Of a stretch of DNA of 64,000 nt, positions 20,301 through 27,844 are shown one piece after another (the first letter of the stretch is position 1; each line of letters starts with the position of its first letter). A model generated the notes under the pieces. It saw only the letters and a program-made list of their open reading frames with translations. It was not told the DNA's origin and did not search any database. The DNA is from Terrimicrobiaceae bacterium (GTDB taxonomy: Bacteria; Verrucomicrobiota; Verrucomicrobiia; Chthoniobacterales; Terrimicrobiaceae), in NCBI GenBank assembly GCA_041752695.1, contig JBGSVZ010000101.1, positions 1 through 64,000 of the forward strand. The letters run 5' to 3'. A program made the translations under genes and the position numbers.

Positions 20301-21199
20301 AACGCGCCGGTGCGGTCGAAGACCAGCTCGGTGCGGCCATCCTTCAATTCGACATGCCAGCCGTCACCGGAGGCCGTGTCGGACAACGCCGCCCGCCCGG
20401 AGAGCAGGGGCAGCCTTGCCCCGACTGTGCGCACGCGGGCTTCGCCGCGCAGTTGAAAACGCACGCAGCCGGCTTCTTCGTCGAGTTTTCCGGTGAGGGA
20501 GGCTCCGACCAGGTCAGCATCTGCGATAGCCGCGCCCCGCTGGATGAGCAGGACTTCGAGGATGGCCTCGGTGGTTCCGTAAAACTGCTGGTCGCCATGG
20601 GGCTTGGGGGCCGGACCGAGGGGAACGAGGCCATCGGCGCGGGTCACTCGCACGTCCACCGCGTCGCCGGGAGTGAGTTTGATTTGGGAGGCAAAACCGA
20701 CCGCCTCACCCGGGGTGAGAACCGGCAGGGTGACGGAGCCGGGGATCTTGGGCTTGGGAACTCTGGTCTTCACCGCCAGATTGAGTTGGGCTGGCCCGGG
20801 CTGACCGTCCGTGAGGGTTGGACGCAGGTCGAGGAACCGCTTTCCGTCGGCCTGCCGCACCGACCAATCGCGGAGGCCGTCCCCGGTGACGCCCGTCACT
20901 TCCGCGTCGCCGTTGAGGCCCAGCGTGATGACCTCGGGGCGTCCCTGCACGACACGGACGGCCAACTGAGTGAGTCCCGCGATTTCCTCTCCGCCGAGAC
21001 GGAAGACGGTGTCCGCCGTTGCGGAGAAAAAGAGCGGGGATTCGGGCGGGACGCCGCGCGCTTCCACGATGAGGTGGCCATTCTCGGGGGCGAGTTGCGC
21101 GGAAACGCTGGCGCGATCCGCACCGGCTTCATTTTGGGAAAACGCGGCACTTGGTAAGAGGGCGATCCCGGTCGCGAGAAGAGATAGGAGGGTTTTCAT
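14375..21199 (-). CDS. Giant (2274 aa) exported membrane protein with repeated beta-rich modules, a central TM bundle and a C-terminal anchor; function unknown
   Basis: N-terminal signal peptide; recurring modules such as RVVQG/RVLQG/RPVQG...W; host-like codon usage; C-terminal hydrophobic helix followed by PRR. Confidence 0.85.
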   Translation of the reverse strand: MKTLLSLLATGIALLPSAAFSQNEAGADRASVSAQLAPENGHLIVEARGVPPESPLFFSATADTVFRLGGEEIAGLTQLAVRVVQGRPEVITLGLNGDAEVTGVTGDGLRDWSVRQADGKRFLDLRPTLTDGQPGPAQLNLAVKTRVPKPKIPGSVTLPVLTPGEAVGFASQIKLTPGDAVDVRVTRADGLVPLGPAPKPHGDQQFYGTTEAILEVLLIQRGAAIADADLVGASLTGKLDEEAGCVRFQLRGEARVRTVGARLPLLSGRAALSDTASGDGWHVELKDGRTELVFDRTGAFPLDISLVAALRDGEWKSLDFRMPAGAVVPMVIEGLAKEVAFNPSAPVVPDATSRKGFVAADGDASVGWRQSRDSSVGTLSFTSHEQSDVRVGAGLLRQTSKIDFRVLQGKLPSIRLRLDGPGEILGVEGTNVLGWKVVPDGKQRALDVRLSRPLEKSGAIIVRSQSPLGNFPVKAEPLRLTPEGGVRHSGYVRVANDGAVRLEVADVAGMMQLAPAQFPGTAVEPGTRQVFVYRFPSASYAYRIVANQILAEVGVSQILLYKLADTDRVITADLELDIREAPLREWSLQIPEDYAVVAANGGSVADYVAETETKDGLRVLKILFNTAVEGRQLIRLRLEKNQAAAAGAWILPPLSYPGAKSVRGHIGVVSTPGFRILPGKMEKLVEMPLSYFPNQIPGLQQAFRQREADWSATLNVEALGQSVQADVFHLYSLKEGVVYGSVLFNYFVVGAPSSEWRIEVPESAGNIDVVGQNVRRDWRREGNQIIVSLHQAVLGAATLLVTFEQPMSARGGTIKPGEVHPLGVQGERGFLQVVSPLQVKSQVLKAEGALLKLEPLELPAEFRLLTTSPSLAVYQYTARPFEMEMDIKWYAPAETVDQLVDFAKLSSRISRDGQVVTDARYFVKTRGRKALRIVLPADVKLWEAHADQQIVNAQVDGEQTLIPLPPKLNPNEPVEVVLRLGQTAKHARSPILSSPKALSTTVISEWTVTGDPGQLLVPKGGTAQLTVPVLTETGFEWLSERAAGSTILLLLAVALAGFLLRSSVTWKTLLGFLVAGGVVLCALNFAATATKVRQHNIAKLTYAAAVVPAGEAVTLQLGNVGATRAMISPWGVVAGAVGVALLGFAAFRVWIGSGHGGWPVPAGALFLAIGLLAQRGGAAAFFLLLAIGVFAALMLPIFIRWMRRRRAVLQPAPVATALVLLLAASVVPASAQESPPAESLVQTWKIREGRLFGDCDVQVRGAVGDSFLLLQPPAVLTNFKGDDGLRVTKVQRGNQTLYFVALERAGVFRALASFEMPAADLSKGLPLVSGPAAVQRVTVQLDQGGWEFTSPSAVSVQALAGISDAESGATLILSPGETPVINIRTRTRNTAAEKTQFFAEAANLFVPGPGVVNGYCRVTIRPVQGEVSALELEVPAGFTVGDVRNGPVSAWRFDPKTRKLRVEIAPAQAGTFKLDVESQLGTADLPVDLTLEPIRVMGAAGEVGMIALAFGGDAQPENVRGLSPVNLEDFDSGLIPTTKDGQPLALLQQAFRYGREGGKVSLKVAAVAPEVRVVTKQVLSFGDDRLVLAADLNVAITRAGLFKLSFPLPEGLEVEAISGGTLSQWIEATEDGKRIITLQLNGRTIGDQTFALTLVGASPAAQDAWTVPRLLLREANRQTGELLLVPEKGIRLRAVKRESVSQVDSRAAGESRPGTLAFRLLQENWNLQLGIEALEPWVTVQALQEVTVREGQTLTRLGLRYRVDNAAVKQLRLRLPGLSESQTQTVRGTGSAVSDLVKLPNEKDVWEIRFQRGIAGETDVQIEFQGAATREHGKESIQTPAFEGTRQVTQFVSVRGSGRIELAADVLPRGWQRVDWSAVPATLQDHSDRSVPALCFRVAEPEGPLVVSIQRHNVADALKLRVTQGDLTTLFSPQGPSLTAVRLTVEVVEKSSLRVNLPKDARLFSAFVNDESVSVVREGDAYLLNVSPNSDSDRSAEVRLVYSVPNAQRGKIELLGPSLNVPLVNVSWRVILPPGQAIANYSGALRLKEQKAAGPFGMQQYVELASYNRTAEAKKAAALMDQANSLLRQGEQQKASEVLSKAANTFALDEASNEDARVQLKTLKTQQAVVGLNTRRQRLYLDNKSNDSSRNEQLEQAANANPFMQGGTNFDPQQMDQLLMGNTAEENSALRGIASRIVDQQLAAEPAPGAIDVTIPESGKVLTFTRSIQVDGEAPLGLRLSLASTRGSNGWFVAGLLLVVAVVATMAFPRRMAE

Positions 21200-21235
21200 G
21201 CGGTGGTATTTGCTTAGACCCGGAGGCCCTTTGAT

Positions 21236-21275
21236 TTGTCAGAGATTTGTAAAAAGCTTGTCAGACTTTTGTGAA
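21236..21275 (-). promoter_or_regulatory. Four 11-bp-phased direct repeats (TTCACA/CTGACA/TTTACA/CTGACA on the minus strand); OmpR/PhoB-family box-like
   Basis: TTGT at plus-strand 21236, 21247, 21258 and 21269, upstream of the 2274-aa gene. Confidence 0.6.
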
Positions 21276-21277
21276 GG

Positions 21278-24200
21278 TCAGCGCTGGACCTGTTCGAACA
21301 TCTGGAGCAACTCCCGGACGCGGGCCTGATGGGGGTAGTGGCTGCGCAGATTGGTCACGGCGGGTTTCAAGGCGTCGAGATCCACCTGGGAGTCGCCGCG
21401 CAGTTTCTCCGCGAGCAGGGCGGCGGTGGCGGCGAGTTGCAGGGAAGGCGAAGCCTGGTCAAAGGCGCGGACCTTGGCTTCGTAAGGCATCGTCCAGGAA
21501 CGTTCGACCATCGTGCCTGTCGCCGGATCGCGGAAGCGGACGAAGACCTCCCCGAGATCACCTTCGCCTTCAGGGAGGGGTTCCACCTGATACAAGGCGA
21601 CTCCGGCCTCTTCGGCGGAGAGCTCGGCCGCCTGCACCTTGTCGTTGCGGAAATCCTCTCGTTTCAAGAGATGTTCTTCGAATCCGATGAGGCGGTATTT
21701 GGCCACACGCGCCGGGTTGAAAACGACCTGCACTTTGACGTTCTCCGCCGCGGGACGGAAAGCGCCGGCGAGCTGTTTGGCGAAACTTGCGTCGGCGTCT
21801 TCGGGTCTGTTGAGGAAATAATACCGTCCGTTGCCCTTGCGGGTGAGGGTTTCCAGGATTTCGTCGTTTAATCCGATCGCCCCAACCCCGCAGGCGTCGA
21901 AGGAAATGCCCTGCTGGCGGGTCTTCTCGATTTGCGTCGCGAGCCGGATGGGATCCGCGTTGCCTAGGTTGGCCGCACCGTCAGTCAGCAGCACGATGCG
22001 GTTTTGCGCGGCGGGGAGTTTGTGTTTGAGGGCCATTTCCGAGGCCAGGGCGAGGGCCTCTTCCAGATTGGTGCCGCCTTCGGACGGCGTGCGGTCGGCC
22101 GCTTCGACGATCTTGCCGGCTTGATCGCCTGGCACTTGCTCCGCGAGAAGTCGTGGAGTGCGGGCGAAGCCGATGAGCGTGACGCGGTCGTTCGGACCGA
22201 GCAGCGTGGTGAGAGTTTGCAAGGCCTGTCGGACGGAAACCGCGCGGTCTTCGCGCTCCATTGAGCCCGAGGTATCGAGCAGGATCGTGAGGCGCAGGGG
22301 CTGTCCGGCGGCGCGTCCGGAGGCGGCGGCTCTGACGGCAATGCGGACGAGATTGCGCTGTTGGAGGAAGGGATGGGCGCTTTGCTCGATGCGGGCCGCG
22401 ACCGGCTCGCCCGGGGCGGGGGCGGGATCGTTGTAGTCGAAGGCATTGTAAAATTCTTCCGGCCGGATGCGGTCCGGTTCGGGCATGTTCCCGTTGGCCA
22501 GCGCGTCCCGGGCGAGTTGGAACGACACGTCGCTGACGTGGAGGGAGAAGGTCGAGACGGGCTGCTTGGTGGTGATGGTTTCGGTGGCTTGAGGGCGGGC
22601 CTCCGGCGCGGCCAGGCTGCAATCAACCATCGTCTCAATGAGGTCGAGACTGGACTGGGTGTTTTTGACGACCAACTTGTTGCTGCCTTCGATGAAATAG
22701 GCGGCAGCCCCGGCAGGAAATGGAATTCCTGAGGATTCGAGGTATTTTCTCGCTCCCGAACGCTCGGCGACAGTGGAAACCGAACCCGCATCCGTTAGGC
22801 CGCCGGCTCCGGGAATTGGCGTTGGATTGGATTCCGGCAAGGCGGGGATGAATCCCTTTGGGACCTGGTACTCTTTCGTGACCAAAACTTCAGTGGCCAC
22901 GCTTTGCGGCACCACGGCGACCGCATAGGGCTCGACCTTGAGTTTAAGGTTGGCGGCCGCCGCCACATAGTTGACCGCAGTTCGCAACGGAATGTCTGTA
23001 AGTTCTAGTGTGATTTTTGCGTCCGACTCGACAGCCTCCTCGGGTAAGTTCAGGACAATATTGATGCCTTTTTTGGCAGAATCGGCTTCCGTTTTATCCA
23101 ATGCGGAGGCGCGCTGTTTGAGGAAGTTTAAGGCCTCGCGAACCGTCACATCTTGGAAGTCGATTCTGGGGATGACGATTTCATCCAGCTTGCGATTGAT
23201 GGTGGTTGTTCCTCTTTGGTCCAGATGGGGCTGCTCGATTATGGTGGTGTTGCCAGCATCGAATTTGCGGACGGGAAGCTCCCAGCCTTTGTCAACGGAG
23301 CGAAGCATGTCGCCTCGTGATTCGGTGAATGCGCTGGCTGCGTATTTCGTGCGAGCCTCATTTACGTTCTCCATCCCACGCCGGGCCGCGATGCTATAGG
23401 GGTCAATTGCCTGAGCTTGCTCGAAGCGTTTATAGGCAAGGTCGAACCGTCCCGTCTCGGAGAATGCTTTGCCCTCATCAGTAAGTTGCTTAGCCTGCGC
23501 CTGTTGGCGTTCGTCGGTTGGCGTGACGGTCGTTATCGGCGAACCGTAGTTAATGAACCCATCGAACTCGACTTTTCCGTCCTTGGTGGAGAAGACAGGC
23601 TGGTTGACGTTGGCGGACTGCGGAGATGGGGGAGTCTCTGTTCGGGATTCCGGACGGAAAACCCGGCCTGCCATTGGAATATCTCCGAGAATAGGAACGG
23701 CTTCTTTGTTTGCCTGCGCCACCAGCTGGTCGGAGCCTTCTGTTTCGAGGTTCTTCCTTATGTTGGCACCTTTTTTGTCTTTGTTCTGTGCCACTTCAAC
23801 AGGGGAGCCGAAGAGAAGAGCGTCATCCGCGTTGGCGCTCATGGCGGTAGTCCGGTTTCCAGCGGTGATAGGCGCTTCCCCTGTGACCTGACCTGCGGTG
23901 ATCTGGTCCACGACTTCCGGGGGGAGAGGTTTTGTTTCGTTCTGCTTTTCCCCAAGGACGTTGACACCCCGAAACATATACAGGCTGTCCCAGGCTCTCT
24001 CGCTCTCCGGTTCAACCGGGCGGTCGACGTCTCTTTGTTCGGCTGGGGCCGCCGCGGCCCGACGTCGACTTTTCTCGAGGACGCCGCCGTTCCGCGAATC
24101 CTTTCCAATGGATTCCTCCTGGGCGAGATCCGTGGATTGGTTGGCGGCTGCATCCATTGGCATCGTCTCGGCCATGGACTCAGATGGTTGTTCCAGCGGC

Positions 24201-25186
24201 TTTACCTCCATGACGTCAGAAGAGAACTTTTTTGCGAATTCGACGGATTCCATGACTTGGCCCTGAGCCATTTGCAGAGGTCCTGTAGCAGCGTCGGCGA
24301 TTGCCGCGGGCAGGACTGGTGATTCGGCGAGCGCAAGCGTTTCCGCCTGTGGCGTTGCGGCTGGCACCGGAGCGTTGCCTTTCCATAAAACGATACCGCC
24401 GCCTACCTGCCCAGAGCCCGCAAACTCCCCCTGGGGGCCATTGGATTGGCGGGAAGGATGTGGGTCTTCCTCGTTCGCGGAGATTGCCTGCGCCAATTTT
24501 TGGGGTTCCCGGCGTAAATCGGATTCGAAGGATGATGCCTGTCCGGTCGACACCACGGTTCCCCCGGAATAGGTGTTGTAGCCGCCTATAGCACCAGTCG
24601 AAGGTGTTTGCGCCCCCGCGTCCGTCGAAAGCGTTGAGCCCAACACGATGTCTTCGGTGGGTATGGGACTGGCCGGCCTGCTGGTTTTGGCCGCAAGCGA
24701 GCCAAACAACCAGGAATGGACCGCGCCGCGCTCCTGATCCCAAGCGACGAAGTCAGACGATTCCACGGGATTCCGGAAAACGGCCACGAAAGAACAGACC
24801 GCCAGCACCATCGTCGCCATCACCAGGCAGGCGGCAATGCGGAGGAGGATTTGGGGTGACCACCGGGCGGAGGTTTGAGGCGTCACCACCGGGATCTTTT
24901 TGTCTGGCACGACGGCGGGAATTCCGATGGTCTCGAGAAGTTTTTTGCGGCGTTCCGGCGAGAGTTGGAACTTGGGGTTCTCGGGGCGGGCGGCCACGCC
25001 GACGATGGAATGGACGGCTTCGATGCGACGTTTGAAGATCGCGAGTTCGGGATTTTCCGCGAGAAGACGTTCCAATTCCGCGGTCTCGAAGGCGGAGGAT
25101 TCGCCCAGGACTAGGGCCACGACGCGGGCTTCGAGGGCTGGGTCGATCCAAGGTTGGGGCTGAAGGTTGTTGTCGTCTTTGTTCAT
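21278..25186 (-). CDS. Anti-sigma-like membrane protein with a mosaic extracytoplasmic region, secretin N-domains and a C-terminal YfbK-type vWA domain
   Basis: N-terminal anti-sigma-like helices and one TM; PVSTFSLHVSDVSF, IRPEEFYNAFDY, MIDAS LLDTSGSM, GGTNLE, LLTDGAANLG and YRLIGFE...EDF.NDKV. Confidence 0.88.
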   Translation of the reverse strand: MNKDDNNLQPQPWIDPALEARVVALVLGESSAFETAELERLLAENPELAIFKRRIEAVHSIVGVAARPENPKFQLSPERRKKLLETIGIPAVVPDKKIPVVTPQTSARWSPQILLRIAACLVMATMVLAVCSFVAVFRNPVESSDFVAWDQERGAVHSWLFGSLAAKTSRPASPIPTEDIVLGSTLSTDAGAQTPSTGAIGGYNTYSGGTVVSTGQASSFESDLRREPQKLAQAISANEEDPHPSRQSNGPQGEFAGSGQVGGGIVLWKGNAPVPAATPQAETLALAESPVLPAAIADAATGPLQMAQGQVMESVEFAKKFSSDVMEVKPLEQPSESMAETMPMDAAANQSTDLAQEESIGKDSRNGGVLEKSRRRAAAAPAEQRDVDRPVEPESERAWDSLYMFRGVNVLGEKQNETKPLPPEVVDQITAGQVTGEAPITAGNRTTAMSANADDALLFGSPVEVAQNKDKKGANIRKNLETEGSDQLVAQANKEAVPILGDIPMAGRVFRPESRTETPPSPQSANVNQPVFSTKDGKVEFDGFINYGSPITTVTPTDERQQAQAKQLTDEGKAFSETGRFDLAYKRFEQAQAIDPYSIAARRGMENVNEARTKYAASAFTESRGDMLRSVDKGWELPVRKFDAGNTTIIEQPHLDQRGTTTINRKLDEIVIPRIDFQDVTVREALNFLKQRASALDKTEADSAKKGINIVLNLPEEAVESDAKITLELTDIPLRTAVNYVAAAANLKLKVEPYAVAVVPQSVATEVLVTKEYQVPKGFIPALPESNPTPIPGAGGLTDAGSVSTVAERSGARKYLESSGIPFPAGAAAYFIEGSNKLVVKNTQSSLDLIETMVDCSLAAPEARPQATETITTKQPVSTFSLHVSDVSFQLARDALANGNMPEPDRIRPEEFYNAFDYNDPAPAPGEPVAARIEQSAHPFLQQRNLVRIAVRAAASGRAAGQPLRLTILLDTSGSMEREDRAVSVRQALQTLTTLLGPNDRVTLIGFARTPRLLAEQVPGDQAGKIVEAADRTPSEGGTNLEEALALASEMALKHKLPAAQNRIVLLTDGAANLGNADPIRLATQIEKTRQQGISFDACGVGAIGLNDEILETLTRKGNGRYYFLNRPEDADASFAKQLAGAFRPAAENVKVQVVFNPARVAKYRLIGFEEHLLKREDFRNDKVQAAELSAEEAGVALYQVEPLPEGEGDLGEVFVRFRDPATGTMVERSWTMPYEAKVRAFDQASPSLQLAATAALLAEKLRGDSQVDLDALKPAVTNLRSHYPHQARVRELLQMFEQVQR

Positions 25187-25755
25187 GGTTGGCTCCCGTC
25201 GATGCCGGCGTGGCGGAGGGCTTCGGCCAGGCCTTTGAGTGCGTGGTGCAGTTTGTAGCCGACGTTGCTCACGCTGAGTCCGGTGCGGCGGCTGATGTCC
25301 TGATATTTAAGGTCGTCATGGTATTTGAGGTGGATGAGGGTTTGATCCTCGGGAGGGAGTTCGGCCAAAAGCAGTCGCACCATGCCGACGGCTTCGAGGC
25401 GGCCGAGGGCAACATCGGGCGGCGTTTCGTTGCCGGCGCTCTCAGGTTCGTCCGTGGTGGTCTCGCGGGCGTGGTCGCGGAGGTGATTGAGGGCCAGATT
25501 CCGGACGCTGCGGTAGAGCCATGGACGCGGATTTTCCACCTGATCCCAGAGTTGGTGCAGGCGCATAAAGGCCTCTTGCACAAGCTCCTCCGCCACGGAT
25601 CGCCGGCCGACTAGTCCGATGGCAAAACCGAGGATCGCGCTCTCCTCGGCCTCGAACAATGCCGCCAGCGTGCCCTTTTCGAAGGGCAGGGGAAAAGCCA
25701 CCGGCGCGGAAACGTCGGAAAGCTCTTCGGGAGCGAGGGTGACGGGTTGGATCAT
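25183..25755 (-). CDS. ECF RNA polymerase sigma-70 factor
   Basis: Region 2 AEELVQEAF...WLYRSVRNLALNHLR; region 4 LKYQDIS..TGLSVSNVGYKL; its stop overlaps the anti-sigma start. Confidence 0.93.
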   Translation of the reverse strand: MIQPVTLAPEELSDVSAPVAFPLPFEKGTLAALFEAEESAILGFAIGLVGRRSVAEELVQEAFMRLHQLWDQVENPRPWLYRSVRNLALNHLRDHARETTTDEPESAGNETPPDVALGRLEAVGMVRLLLAELPPEDQTLIHLKYHDDLKYQDISRRTGLSVSNVGYKLHHALKGLAEALRHAGIDGSQP

Positions 25756-25902
25756 GGTTCGGAGGAACGGACTCCCTCCAAGCTATCAAGACACGCGAGC
25801 GATGACTTTCTTAGAAAATACTTTTAGATTTCGTCCATAGCGACCCTTCAGGCCGCAGGAAATTGATAACGGTGGACCCAACCCTATCGGGCTGGGCTAT
25901 GG

Positions 25903-26096
25903 AATTCCCGCACCTTTGGTGCTTTCTAAATCGGGAAACACTTTCGAAGGGCCGGGAGGCAATTCCCGCACCTTTGGTGCTTTCTGAATCGGGAAACACT
26001 TTCGAAGGGCCGGGAGGCAATTCCCGCACCTTTGGTGCTTCTTGAATCGGAAATACTCTTGAATGGCCGGTGGGCGATTCCGGCACCCCTGGTGTT
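25903..26096. repeat. Tandem repeat, 58-bp unit, about 3.3 copies, each with a GCACC-TTT-GGTGC hairpin
   Basis: AATTCCCGCACCTTTGGTGC at 25903, 25961 and 26019, with a degenerate copy near 26076. Confidence 0.9.
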
Positions 26097-26128
26097 CTTC
26101 CCGAAAAGCGGGCGTGCGGGAAAAAAGC

Positions 26129-27160
26129 CTATTTTTTCTCCGCCGTGTAGAGCGCGACCAACGCGGCGCCGATGGCTTGGGAGAGTTCGCCGAGGGAGGC
26201 GGGGACGATTTTCAGCGTGTTGCGCTGGCTGGGGTGGAGCCAGGGTTCGGCGGAGGTGTGGATGGTCTTGAGGTAGTGGGCGCGAAATTCCTCAGTCGTG
26301 GAATGCGGATCGATGAGTCCGCCGCCGATGACGACATATTCGGCGTCGAAGGCCATGGAGAGATTCGCGACGTGGAGACCGAGGGCCTTGGCCTGGTAGT
26401 CGAAGATTTCGAGGGCGAGTTTGTCGCCTTTTTGGGCGCGAGTGCGGAGGGAGAGGGCTTTTTCCTTGGCGGGGGCGGTGGAGTGGGCGAGTTCGTGGTC
26501 GGGGTATTTCGGGAGGAGGTAGTCGAGGAACTGGGGCAGTCCGGAGATGGTGGTGTAGGCTTCGAAGCACCCCCAGGAACGCCCGCAACCGCAGACAAAT
26601 GAAGGTAGGCCGAGGAGGTGGAGGGGGGCGGGCATGTGTCCGGCTTCCATGGCGTTGAGAGTGTCGCCATCGAGGGAGAGGCCATCGGGACCGACATAAG
26701 CGCAGCCGAGGCCGGAACCTGGTGCCAGCATGATCATGGAAGCGCGTTTGTCGCCGCGCACCTTGGCGGCCTCGGCGACCCCGCCGTAGTTGCCGTCGTT
26801 GCCGGTGACGAGGGGGATGGGACGTCCGGCTTTATGCGCGAGGGCTTTCGAATAGTCGGCATGAAAATCCCAGCCGGCGAAAGATGGCGGCAGGTTCGCG
26901 GCGCGATCGAGGATGCCGTAGCTTTGGTAAGGTCCGGGAATGGCGAGGCCGACACCGCGGATTTGGTCCCAGGTGAATTTGTGCGTGGCGAGGAATTTTT
27001 CCACACCCTCGATCCAGCCGTTGACGACCGCTTCGGTGCCGAGTTGGGAGTTGGTGGAGCTCTGGGCAAGTTCGTGAGAGACGGGGGTGCCGTCGGCAAA
27101 AATGCCGGCTGTCTTCGAGGTGGTCGCGCCGCTATCGGTGCCGATGTAGATGTCTTGCAT
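26129..27160 (-). CDS. ROK family sugar kinase
   Basis: IGTDSGATT, GVGLAIPGP, GNDGN, GSGLG, EAGH and the Zn motif CGCG..GCFE. Confidence 0.9.
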   Translation of the reverse strand: MQDIYIGTDSGATTSKTAGIFADGTPVSHELAQSSTNSQLGTEAVVNGWIEGVEKFLATHKFTWDQIRGVGLAIPGPYQSYGILDRAANLPPSFAGWDFHADYSKALAHKAGRPIPLVTGNDGNYGGVAEAAKVRGDKRASMIMLAPGSGLGCAYVGPDGLSLDGDTLNAMEAGHMPAPLHLLGLPSFVCGCGRSWGCFEAYTTISGLPQFLDYLLPKYPDHELAHSTAPAKEKALSLRTRAQKGDKLALEIFDYQAKALGLHVANLSMAFDAEYVVIGGGLIDPHSTTEEFRAHYLKTIHTSAEPWLHPSQRNTLKIVPASLGELSQAIGAALVALYTAEKK

Positions 27161-27274
27161 GGGAATTAGGAGATCGAAGTTGGGAGATGGAAGTTGGAAG
27201 GGGACGAGGATTTAGACACCAATTTCACAAATTTGCACGAAATTGGAGCGGGAATTTTCCCGCAGCGGGGGCGA

Positions 27275-27844
27275 TTATAGCGGTCGGCCGAAGGCGACGA
27301 AGCGGCCGGTGCGTTTAAACCAGAGGAACCAATTGTAGCCGCCGTAGGGCGTTTCCGGGCGGAAGGTGTAGAGGTCCACGCCGCGGCTGCCTTGAGAGCC
27401 GGCCATGCGCAGGGAACCGTCAGGGTCGCGGCCGAGAAAAACCATAACGTGGGTAATGGGCGGTTTGCGTGTGGGACGGTAGGTGTTTTCCCAGAAGAGC
27501 AGGTCACCTGGGCGAAGTCGGGAGCGCCACTTGGTGTTCGCGGCGTTGACCCGCCAGAGGCGGCGGGCGGCGCGCAGGGTTTCATATTGATCGGAGGCGG
27601 TGCGGGGCAGGGTGTGTCCCGCGGCCGAGAGGTAAAGCCATCGCGCGGTGTTGGAACAGTCCATCGGCCAAGGCTGACTGGAACCGGGCGGTGTCCAGCG
27701 GCCGTTGTAGGGGACGGAGGAAAGGCGGGTTGTCTCGGCAGCGATCCGAGCGGCGAGATTGTCGCGGGTCATCTGCGCGCGGGCGGAGCTGACAGCAACT
27801 AGTGCGGCAGCAGCGAGAACGGACGCGGAAGACCAGAAGCGCAC
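27275..27844 (-). CDS. NlpC/P60 family cell-wall hydrolase, exported
   Basis: MDCSN (Cys), LPRTASDQY, LRPGDLLFW and THVMVF (His); start uncertain (GTG 27844 gives a clean signal peptide; ATG 27895 is the alternative). Confidence 0.88.
   Translation of the reverse strand: MRFWSSASVLAAAALVAVSSARAQMTRDNLAARIAAETTRLSSVPYNGRWTPPGSSQPWPMDCSNTARWLYLSAAGHTLPRTASDQYETLRAARRLWRVNAANTKWRSRLRPGDLLFWENTYRPTRKPPITHVMVFLGRDPDGSLRMAGSQGSRGVDLYTFRPETPYGGYNWFLWFKRTGRFVAFGRPL

Noticed and set aside
18704..21157. 817-aa plus-strand ORF (also 15428-17083, 32254-34425, 59438-60988, 53475-54764)
   Set aside because: Antisense shadows of real high-GC genes with no recognisable motifs.
21278..25186. Functional type II/IV secretin
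   Set aside because: Only N-domains and out-of-order short motifs are present; there is no complete secretin barrel or signal peptide, and the protein ends in vWA.
25903..26096. CRISPR array
   Set aside because: The sequence between the hairpins is essentially identical from unit to unit, so there are no unique spacers, and no cas genes are nearby.
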